The position numbers and the translations under genes are program-made. Of a DNA stretch of 64,000 nucleotides, positions 1-10,132 are shown in pieces (position 1 is the stretch's first letter; every line of letters starts with the position of its first letter). The notes below the pieces were generated by a model, which worked only from the letters and a program-made list of their open reading frames with translations, did not search any database and had not been told where the DNA came from. The stretch is from Euglena gracilis (taxonomy: Eukaryota): positions 22,828,954 through 22,892,953 of the forward strand of contig CP154954.1 of the NCBI GenBank assembly GCA_039621445.1, written 5' to 3'.

Positions 1-2275
1 GTGCTGCTGCAGGGGGCCGGAAGAGGGAGGCCGGCCCGCTGCGCCAACGTCTTCCTCAACAACGGCGACAGCGTGGCCTGCGGCGACGTCTGGGACAACC
101 CGGGCAACCGTGGCAACGCGGTGCTGGACGCCGAGGGCGGGCGGCTGTACCTGGTGGACCTCGCCGTCGCCACCATTGACCCCGCCCGGCCAGGAGCACC
201 CCCCCCCCGCAATATGATGATCCCTGGGCGGAGTGTATTGACATTTGGGCAAGAGGGAGTTGTGTTACCAACACCAACACACGCTAAAAAATCATGGCTT
301 TTTGATCGATTGCAAGGTTTCCCACAAATGCGTTCTCCAGAGCAACAAATAAATAATAATGAGTAACAATAATAATAATAAATAATCACAAACCAATGTG
401 AGCCACTGGTTCAGCACAAATATGTATTTTTTCGAATGTAGCGAAAGTGTAAATTTTGTGATGGCTCAGATGATTACCACGCCTTGGGAGAATCAGGCCG
501 GGAGCACTCCTGTCACTGGTTTGCCGCGCCGTTTCAGTCGTACCAGACTCGCGTTCGTGACTTCCTGGATTCCGTGCTGCCGAGTTTCTCTGCCGAAGGA
601 GATTGCGTGTCTCTGCGCCATGGTCAGCCGGGCCCCTGTTTGGGGACAGGTAGCCCTTTTTCTCAGGCAGGACTTGTCCATCACCCTCGCAGAAGCCAGC
701 TGCGTTCAGGTGGTGAGCGTTCCGCGGATTATTTTTGTGATTCGCAGGCAGGTGGTATCATTCGGCATTATGTACAGTGCATCGCAGTGGCAGACATAGC
801 CCGCATGCCACACTCTGACCTGCCATTGAGCGCGGTGAACCCCTCTCTGAGGGCGTACTCCATCCTCCTGGCGAAGGTCCTCAACCCTCACACCCCCTCT
901 CCTGGCAGTTGCAGGTTTCCCCCCACCCTCCCCACCCAGCGGTCCGGCTGCCCTCCGAGGCGGCGCCCGGCCTGCTGGCCAACCGCTACCTCACCAGCGC
1001 GTTGCGGTGCTTGTGCGACGGGGAGTACGCCGCCCTGTTGGGCGCCGCCGCCCCGCTGTGCGTCGGCCGGGGCGTGGCCAGGGCTGACTGGGGCTGCGGG
1101 GGGGGGGGGGGGCTGCCTGGCGCACACCCCCTCAGAATGGTGGTTGAAGGCATTCTGCAACTGGTACTGTGCCATCTCTGTCGAGTGCCTCGCCCCCTTT
1201 GTGCTGCACGCTTTCTGTGTGTGCGCACTTGCGCGCGCGCATGTGTGTGTGTGTGTGTGTGTGTGCGTGCGTGTGTGCGTGCGTGCGTGCGTGCGTGCGC
1301 GTGCGTGTGTGTGCATGGGTGGGTGGGTGGGTGTGCGTGCTCACGCGTGTTGGTGGGCGTGTGGTGTGTGTGGGTGTGGGTGGGTGGGTGGGTGGGTGGG
1401 TGGGCATGTGTATGTGTGTGTGTGTATGGGTGTGTGCATGCGGGTGGGTGAGTGGGTGGGTGGGTGGGTGGGTGGTTGCATGCAGGCACGTGCGAGTGCA
1501 AATCGAAACAACACGCGCGAACTCCGCCCCTCTGTCACATGCGCCCACTCGCACCCAAAGATGCATATGCGCACGCACGCGTACAGGTGCGCACACAACA
1601 AGCGTGACGCGCACGCACACCCACCCACCCACCCACACCCACACCCACACACACGTTCGTGCGCCAACCCACCCACCCACCTACACACGCACACACACAT
1701 ACGCGCTCGCGAAACACCCACCCACACACACACGCGCGCGCGCACGCGCGCACCCACCCACCCACCCACACACGCACGTGCGCACACACCTACCCACCAC
1801 CCACCCACCCACCCACCCACCCACCCACCTACACACACGCGCGCGCGCGCACGCGCGCGCAACCGCACACTCGCGCACCCACCCACCCACCCACCCACCC
1901 ACCCACCCACCCACCCACACACACACACACACACGCACATGCATACACCCATACACACCCACACCCACCCACACCCACCCACCCACACACATGCGCGCGC
2001 GCACCAACCCACTCACCCCACCCACCCACACACACACACACACATGCACACCCACCCACCCACCACCCACCCACCCACCCACCCACACACACACCACACA
2101 CACCACACACACACCCACCCACCCACACACCCACCACCCACCCACACGCATGCACGCTCTCACCCACCCACTCACCCACCCACGCACACACACATGCATA
2201 CACCCGCATACACACACACACACCCACCCACCCACCCAGCCACCCAGCCAGCCAGCCACCCACCCACCCACCCAT

Positions 2276-2307
<32 letters not shown>

Positions 2308-2605
2308 TCACACATGCAATCCTTGTGAAGGCCCCCCTCCATCATTTCCATTCAGCTTTGGGCGTGGCAAGAGCTGCCCAGTGCCTGGACCGCCTCACTC
2401 GGGGTCCCTCTGCCTACGCCCCTTCACCTGTCTGTTCTTCTTTCCTCATCTGCCGGTCTCTTGTGCCACACTCAGCATGTGCTGCCATCGGAGGACGGTC
2501 TGCCCCACAGGAGCCCCGGTGGCTGGTGTGGACGGCGTACTGGCAGTCCGGGAGGAGGTACGGCAGCGGGTGGCGGAGGACAGGGCATCGCTCAAGCCTC
2601 AGTGG
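1..2605 (+). CDS. Actin-fragmin kinase-like (PI3/4-kinase superfamily) catalytic domain, partial; exons 1-187, 518-621, 957-1075, 2366-2403, 2511-~2605
   Basis: Spliced translation: NVFLNNGDSVACGDVWDNPGNRGNAVLDAEGGRLYLVDLAVATIDPAR|FAAPFQSYQTRVRDFLDSVL...LRH|EAAPGLLANRYLTSALRCL...GRGV|ARAAQCLDRLTR|GAPVAGVDGVLAVREEVRQRVAED. This resembles the AFK pattern xNNxD...WxNxGNxxN...(I/V)D followed by 'RVRxxL'. All four junctions keep frame. The 3' end is unresolved. Confidence 0.7.
188..517 (+). other. Euglenid-type nonconventional intron (330 nt)
   Basis: Starts c|ggcCAGGAG and ends CTCCTGtcact|g. CAG at +4..+6 pairs with CTG at -8..-6, both junctions are Y|R, there is no GT/AG, and removal restores the frame (c+gg = Arg). 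Confidence 0.85.
622..956 (+). other. Nonconventional intron (335 nt)
   Basis: Starts t|ggtCAGCCGG and ends CCGGCTGccctcc|g. The ends form a 7-bp stem, and the phase-0 join gives LRH|EAAPGLL. Confidence 0.75.
1076..2365 (+). other. Nonconventional intron (1290 nt) filled with GT-rich then CA-rich microsatellites
   Basis: Starts t|ggcCAGGGCTGA and ends TCAGCTTTGggcgt|g. The ends form a 9-bp stem with two G-U pairs, and the join gives GRGV|ARAAQCLDRL. Confidence 0.75.
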
Positions 2606-3741
2606 ACCCTCATCCCTCCCGGGGGGGGTGGTCCAGCCAGCCAAGCTGCCTTGTTCCAGCCTGTGAGCTGGACCCAACCACATTACACGTTGCGCAAGGT
2701 GTGGCCGACCCCTGACTGACTGTTTTTGGGCTCCGGACCCCCCCCCCCCCAGGAATGGCCAAAAGTGCCACCCGGCGGCAAAGGCACCGGAGGTTTTTGT
2801 GCTTTTTTTTGGCCAAAGTCCATTGGTTTTGAGCCGTTTTGGCCCGAGTGGCTAAAGTGACCGATACCCCGGGGGGGGGGGGTTGGAAGTGGGTGATTGA
2901 CTGGATTTTCAAATGAACTGACTGGTTTTTTTTTGGAAGTGGAAAGTGACCCTTCCCCTGCCCAGGGGTCGGTAAGCAGTGGTATGGCCCCCAACCCCCC
3001 CCCCCCCCCCCGGAAGGTCATTTCACGATTCCCTGGCGGAGGACTGGGAGGGGGTGTGGCAGGCCGGGGTGGACGCCATTCACCCGGCCTACCTGGAGGC
3101 CCTGTGGGGCGTCGTGCACACGGCGGTGGCGGCTTTGGCGTGACATTTCGCTCTGGCGCAACATGCGATCCCTGTTGGGGACTCGGCCACCCCTGTCGAC
3201 GCCGCTTTGCGGGCCGATCGCATCGTCTATGTGTGCAATCCTCGTTGCTCACCCTCCTCCTGGGTTGTCCGCCGTTCGTGGGGAGTATTAGATCGATGGC
3301 TGCTTTGAAGACTCCATCAGAAATATCTGAAGAACGTAACGTACTCTCCCCCAAATTGAAAAGACATGCACCCTGTCTTTATCAGTAGATGGGATCTAAA
3401 CTGCACAATCAAAGTGCTCAATATAAAAAGACCCCCCCCAGAGGAACTTTGACCGGCCCTGTCCTCAAATTAACCCTCCATTTACATTTCAACCAAGGCA
3501 ATAATTGTATCTGATGAGAGCTATCCAGATGTAAGTGTCGAAATGTATGGATGGATAGATGGATTATACAGCAAATACCATTGTCTCAGGGAATGAAATG
3601 TCCTCTAACTTCAATTAACAGCCCAAGAGGACCAGGGAAGTCTGAAATCGGAACAGACGTTGAGTTGAAATTCAATCGCCAATCATCCATTGGTGATCCC
3701 CTCTTTGTGTTGCCCTTTCCCCCCTGACTGCCGTGCTCCAG

Positions 3742-6700
3742 ATCGTGGACTGCGAGATTGTGTACGACAAAGTCACGAAAAGGCCGAAGGGCTGTGGGTT
3801 TGTGGTCTTCGAGTCGGAGGACCACGCGGAGAACGCCGTTCGCTTTCCATCCCATTTGGTTTCGCCCCCTCCCAGCCAAGCAGCCCTGTGCATCGTGCCA
3901 CACAATTGATGCATCGGGCACCTGCACATAATGTGTCAACAAGCAAACCAATTGGAGCCCAAAATGCAAATTCTGGAGAATGTGGTGCGGAGAGATCCAA
4001 GCAATGGTTTTCATTTTCAAACCGGAACACAAAAAAAATGGAGTTGGAGATGCGCAGCATTGAAGGGCCCCGTCTCGCTTGCCCATTTTCATTGGCGGCC
4101 CGGCGACAGGTGCTGGGGCAGCGGGTGGATGTGAAGAAGGCAGAGCCCCGCAGTATGCAGCCCGGCAACCCGAACTACCGCACAGGGCTGTGCGTGAGAG
4201 GTAACTGAGCTGGGACGTCCCGGCTCACCCCATGCAGGACTGCGGGGGTGAGGTCTTGGAGAGGCCTTTCATTTTCTATCACCTCACCTCCCCCCTGCCA
4301 AAGCACGGTGTCTGGGCACCAGCCCCCAGATTCTCCAAAGTAAAGGCATTGAGATGCAGAAAATCTACAGTAACTCACCCAATCAATCTTTTGAAAATTC
4401 TGCAAAATCCAAAACTTTGAAGATTTTTTGCAAAGAAATTCAGAGAATAGTTTGACTTCGGAACCTTTTGAAAAGATGGGCAAGAATAAACCCCAAAATG
4501 AAGTTTTTTTTCTTTTTCGGTGCAAAAGAGAAAAAATGTCGGGGATTCCTCCCCCTGTCTGAGCACCCCTCCCCGGTCCTTACCCATCTTTTACAGTTCT
4601 TAGGAGGGACGTCCACATTCAGCCCTGCCCCCAGGTGACCCACGGCCTCGCGCCACCCGGCGCTCAGGGGAAGAAGCAGCGGCGCTCTGCCTCGGCCCCC
4701 GGTGTGCCATCCGTTCCAGCCCCGCTGAAGTGGAGGGAGGTCGACTGTCTGGCTCAACGATGATAGGACCCCCACATTTTTTGGGGGGAAACGATGCCTC
4801 TTGGTGCCATGTTCTGTAAACCCCACCCTCCCACTTATAAACCAGGTTTTGAATAGTGCTGAGCTCTCTATGGGGCTTGCAAGTAACGGATGGCCAAAAA
4901 AACTAGCATTACAAATTTCACGCAACGTGATATCAACAAATTACACACCTGCAATTTACGGCAATTTTCAGTAATTTTGCAGTTATTTTTGAAATGTTGT
5001 GAGCTCACAGAGCCCCCCATACCCTCGATAACCCTTTTCCTGGATTTTTTTCGACTTTTTTGACCCGGAAATGACCCAAACTCCATAGGTTTCGGGCCAA
5101 CAACGGGGCGCTGGGGGATCGAAAAACGCTCATTTTCGGCCCCAAAATTTTTTTTCCGGGGCCGGGAGGCCAAAAACCATCATTTCGGGCAGAATTTTTT
5201 TTGATTTTTTTCGAATTTTTTGGCCCGTCTTTGACCCGAAACCCATGGGTTTCGGGCCAAAAACGGGGCGCTGGTGGGTCGAAAAACGCTCTTTTTCGGC
5301 TCAAAAACAGTTTTTCCGGGTCTGCGAGGACAAAAATCATCGTTTCGGGCAAAAAAAATTTGATTTTTTGTCCGACTTTTTTGACCCCAAAGTGGCCGAA
5401 AACAGTCAAAGTCAAAACAGGCCAAAACTGTACAAAATGGTTAAAATTGGCCGAAAATGGCCGTAACTCGGGCTCGGCGGGGAGTTGTGGGGAAATCAAA
5501 ATACTGTTAGATAGGGCGTTCCAAGGTCTTCAAATTAGGTCTCCGGACATTTCCTTTGATTTTGCTTCATTTCCGAGATATTTTGGAAACATCGATTTTT
5601 TGACCCCGAAAGCAGCCCCAAAATGGCCCTGAAATGGGCCAAAATTGGCCGAAATACGGCGGTAACTCAGGCTACACGAAGAGTTGGGGGAAAAGTAAAC
5701 CATGGTTGGATAGGGCATTCCAAGGACTTCGTTTTTGCTCTCCAGAGATTTCCTTTGATTTTGCTTCATTGTCGAGATATTTTGGAAAAATCGATTTTTT
5801 GGCCGGAAAAAAGAACGGCTCAAAAAACTCCCCAAAATGGCTGTTTTGGGCCGCAAAAGCACACCGGAACACTGGCCAGGCATGTCGGCAGCCAAAACGG
5901 TGAACGGGGGGTGATAGAGGGCCTCCATGGGTATATTTCTTCAGTGAGACACTTCCGGAAATGGTCTGTGTTTTCTCGAGTTAGGGGTCAAACGGAGGTG
6001 ATTCGGAAACTAGAAATCCAGTCGCTCGCAACTGAAAAAAAAAATCCGGGAACAGAGCCGGGATCATGGTGATAATCAGCTGGTTCCTGAGGTGGCCCCC
6101 GACCCGACCCGGGGGGGGGGGGGTTGGACCCCCCTTTTGCCCAAGGGGTAAGCTTCGCTCTTACCCATAAAGGAATAAGAGCTCAGCGACCCCCCACCTA
6201 TAACCCCCCCCCCCTTCAGTCGACCAACCAAACCAGGACTTATCAATCCCCCCCTGGGGAAGAAAAGTGAAAAGCGCCGGGGACGATTTTTTCGGCCGCA
6301 AACCACCCAAAAGCTGATTTTTTGGCAGTTTTTTGAGACCGACCATCATCAAAAATGCCATTTTTGACCAAATTTGCCAGAAAGTGCTAATTTTGGGGGT
6401 CTTTGTGGTCATTTCGCAGGGTAGGATTTATCACCAACAATGCCGGGATCTATAAACCAGGTTTGAATAGTGCTGAGCTCTTAATGGGACTTGCACGTGA
6501 TGGAAGGCCAAAAAGACTAGCATTGCATTGCAAGTTTCGCGTAATTTATGATTTACACCTGCAATTTACGGTAACTTTCAGTGATTTTTTTACAGTACCT
6601 CCCCCCCCCCCTTGTCTAAGCACCACCCTTGTCTAAGCCCCACCCCCCCCGGTTCTTACCCATCTTTTAAAGGTCATCGTCATGGGGAGGTTTATTTGTG

Positions 6701-8978
6701 TGCATTTTTAAGGGAAATTTCTCAAAAATTTCGAAATTTCTGCAACTTCTGAGACCTGGTTTGGTGAGGTATTGTTGATTTCTGCATCCAAATGTGTGTT
6801 AGTTCAACAGTGGACCTACAAAATGAGGTGAATTTTCTTTTTCTTTTCGGCGCGGAAGCGCCGGATTTTTTTTTGCAGTCAAAATTTTCCCCCTTGTCCA
6901 AGCACCACCCCCCTGGTTCTTACCCATATTTTGGCAAAATAAGCACCACCCCCCCGGTTCTTACCCATCTTTTCCGGTGCTTAGACAAGGGGGGGGAGGT
7001 AATTTCAACTCCCCCATACCGCCCAGGGGGGTGAAGGGGTAAGTGAAAGGGGGAGTTGGTGGATCTGTTCGACCTGTTGTCCTGTGCTGCTGCCAGTTTG
7101 ATGATATTGACTGCCTCTGTCCAGGCTCTGATGCTGCAGGCTGCCATAGCCTTGGCCCTTGACATGATGCCCCCCAGGGCCTTGTGTTGAAGGGTTGATG
7201 CCATTTCTTGCTCCCACTGTCCCTGAAGGGATTTATGGAGGGGGGGGATGGGTGGGTCTGTTTGACCGGTGGGGTTCCCACTGCTGAAGAGTTCGGCATT
7301 TGGCTCTTCCAGCTCCTTCCCCAATCTTGACATCTGTGTCTTGGGCCGCCTTGACCGTAATCCCCTCCTGGCTTCCATAGCCATTGGTTTGAAAGGCTGT
7401 CATAGCCCTTGCTTGGATTGAGCTTTTGTCCCCTGGAAGGGCAGAGAAAAGAGGAGTTTCTTGGAGTTTTTTGGAATATTTTTGCCCGTTTTTGACCCAA
7501 AGTCAATGGGTTGGCGGCCCAAAACGGGGCGCTGGCGGGTCGAAAAACACTCATTTTTAGCTCAAAACCAGTTTTTCCGGGTCCGGGAGGCCAAAAAAAC
7601 ATCGTTTCGGGCAAAAAGTTTTTTCGATTTTTTTTCGAATTTTTTGACCCGGTTTTGACCCAAAGTCAATGGGTTGGCGGCCCAAAGCGGGGCGCTGGCG
7701 GGTAAAAAACGCTCATTTTCGGCTCAAAAAACATTTTTTTCGGGTCCGGGAGGCCAAAAAACATCGTTCTGGGTGAAAAAAAATTCGACTTTTTTCGACT
7801 TTTTTGACCCCAAATTGACCCAAAGTCCATTGGTTTCGGGCCCAAAACGGGGGCGGGGGGGGGGGGGGGCGAAAAACGCTCCTTTTCGGCTCGAAAACAT
7901 TTTTCTCGGGTCCGGGAGGCCAAAAAACATGATTTTGGGCCAATAAAATTTTTTCAATTTTTTTGGATTTGTTTCGACTTTTTTGTCCTGCTGAACGGCT
8001 GAGTCTGACAGTGGAAAAAGTGTACAAAATGTCCCAAATTGGCCGAAAAACGGCCGTATCTTGGGCTAGGTGGGGAGTTGTGGGGAAATCAAAACACCGG
8101 CAGATGGGCTTCAAATTAGGTCTCAGGACATTTCCTTTGATTTTGCTTCATTTTCGAGGAATTTTGAAAGCATTGATTTTTTGACCCCCACCCCCCCCCC
8201 CGAAAACGGAAGTCGGACAATGGGAAAAGTGTACAAAACGGCCATCTGGGCCGAAAAAAAACGGCCGTAGCTCGGGCTAGGCGGGGAGTTGCGGGGAAAT
8301 CAAAATACCAGTTGATAGGGCGTTCCAAGGGCTTCAATTTAGGTCTCGGGACGTTTCCTTTCATTTTGCATCATTTTCGTATTTTGAAAATATCGATTTT
8401 TGGGCCCGAAATGGCAGAGTCCAAAGGGGGGGGGGGCTCATCCAGGGGGGGGGTCGGGCCAATCCTACCCAGTTTGGACCCCTTCGCGCGTGAATAACTC
8501 CGGCCTGGCGGGGAGTTGGGGGTCAACCCAGGGCTCGCGATTGGAAAAAAATTCCGAGAAAGGGGCCGGGATCATGGCATGGTGATAATCAGCTGGTTCC
8601 CGAGGTGGCCCCGACCCAGGAGGGGGGGGGGTTGGACCCCCCCCTTTTCCCCAGGGATAAGCTTCGCTCTTACCCATAAAGGGATAAGAGTTCAGCGACC
8701 CCCCCCCCACTTATAAACCCCCCCCTTCGGCCGACCAACCTAGCCGGATGCTTTAAACCCCAGGGGGTCCATAAGTGGGGGGTTTAGGGCCTAGGTGTCC
8801 CCCGGAACCCTGGATGCCCCCACGCCTTGTGTGTTGTGCTCGTCATGTGGTCTCCCCCCCACCATCGCTGCCCCGTCTCGCTCCTTTCCCGACAGATGCC
8901 CAGGCCGAGTCCAGCCGCAGTGTGGAGTCCGACCCCACCGCGTTCATCGACCCCGGGCAGTACTCTCCCTTCTTCTGA
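3742..8978 (+). CDS. RRM RNA-binding protein (hnRNP A/Musashi-like RRM), 5'-partial; exons 3742-3858, 4110-4179, 4633-4701, 8896-8978
   Basis: IVDCEIVYDKVTKRPKGCGFVVFESEDHAENAVRFPSHL|VLGQRVDVKKAEPRSMQPGNPNY|QVTHGLAPPGAQGKKQRRSASAP|DAQAESSRSVESDPTAFIDPGQYSPFF*. It contains RNP1 (KGCGFVVF) and a VKKAEP end motif. Introns 3859-4109 and 4702-8895 are GT-AG with matching phases. The RNP2 exon was not found. Confidence 0.8.
4180..4632 (+). other. Nonconventional intron (453 nt)
   Basis: Starts c|gcaCAGGGCTG and ends CAGCCCTGccccc|a. The ends form a perfect 8-bp stem plus a second GGACGTCCC/GGGACGTCC stem, and the join is in frame. Confidence 0.85.
4836..4985. repeat. ~145-bp dispersed repeat; second diverged copy at 6451-6595
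   Basis: Both copies begin tataaaccaggttt(t)gaatagtgctgagctc and contain acacctgcaatttacgg. Confidence 0.8.
5030..6240. repeat. Composite ~1.2-kb repeat, copy 1 (2x unit A, 2x unit B, terminal module)
   Basis: Unit A: ttgaccc...aacggggcgctgg...cgaaaaacgctc. Unit B: gagttgtggggaaatcaaaata...tttcctttgattttgcttcatt. Terminal module: gataatcagctggttcc...aagcttcgctcttacccataaagg. Confidence 0.8.
6596..7001. mobile_element. MITE-like element with TIRs and TA at both ends
   Basis: TAcctc(c)nttgtctaagcacc ... ggtgcttagacaa(g)naggTA, with internal repeats of ggttcttacccat. A related fragment lies at ~4550-4592. Confidence 0.8.
7460..8745. repeat. Composite ~1.2-kb repeat, copy 2 (3x unit A, 2x unit B, terminal module)
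   Basis: Same modules, order and orientation as 5030-6240. Confidence 0.8.
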
Positions 8979-10132
8979 CCGGCCACCCCCCAACCCACTT
9001 GTCCGGGCTTCCGATGCACGGCCCACCATGGTATGGGCCGGGTGGCACAACGCCGGGGCACCTCCGCTGCACGCTGGCCCCTCCCTCAACCTCCCCCTGT
9101 ACCTCGCGAGACAGACAGCACGCACCGTCTTGTCGGCGAGGCTTATCGTATCTTGTTGCCAGCGTCAGGCTTCCCCCGGAGCCGGACGATGTCACTGTGG
9201 ATCATCATGTCCACACTAAGGCTTCTTGTCTGTTTATGGTCGGCGCTAATTTCGCTTCTTGCCCAGTTTGTGTGGTGAGTGGCCAGGGACCCCTTACATC
9301 CGTGCTCTCGTGTTGCTCCCTCTGGCCAGGTGAACAACTCTGGTCCACCCCCCCCCCCCTTAGTGCAGCTGATTGGTGTGTTTTTAAACAGGATGCCTTG
9401 GTTTCCCGCCTGGGAGCCCTGTTGATTGCAGCCTAGCCAACCATAAATGGTGACTCCCCAAATAACGATGCCCCCTGGAAAGTTAATAGACCAACCTCAT
9501 TAGCTTTTACCCCTGCAAAGCCATCTGGGCAGAAGCTAGAAAATGTTGATTGATTGAGTTACCATTTTCCCTGAAAGCAATTTGGTGTAAAATGCTTCTT
9601 TTACTAAAGAGCTTAACGTGGTTTAATTCTTCTGGTCATCGAACAAGCAAGAACATGGCATTTATGGTGTTTTTTTTTGTTCATTGGCTCCTGACTTTCC
9701 GGAAGGATGCATCATGTTCCCGTTGTTCTTTGTGAGGGGTGACAAAGGGATTTGGACAGACTAATTTTTGGCTTTCCCCCTTGCAAAGTTCAGGGTATTG
9801 CAAAGCCATAGCATTTTGGGGGTGGGGTTCACCGCCAGTGCAGCCAACAACTCCTTTGCCACCGGATGGCCAGGAACTGGAATCAGCACGGAGTGTACCC
9901 TGACAAGCGCGCAAGAACACAACACACTGGGTTGTTACCCTTTGTGTGTTGAAGTTCTCGACAACTGGACAAGCGGGGTATCTCTTCCTTATTTTTGGAA
10001 TCGTGAGGATCGCGTATCCCAACCCATTTCCTACTCAGCAGGATTTCTTTGGCGGTGGCTTGCTCCACCACACTGGACACCAGCCCCCCCCCCCCCCGCC
10101 CGCCAGCGTGCCGCCGACGATGTGACCGGCCG

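Noticed and set aside
484-2719. Long ORFs of 614, 516 and 335 aa rich in HT/PTH/VC
   Set aside because: These read through CA/GT microsatellites, which lack stop codons. Only short parts are real exons.
7050-7440. Minus-strand ORF 6920-7384 as a retroelement fragment
   Set aside because: It is coding-like but has no RT, endonuclease or Zn-knuckle motif that I can identify.
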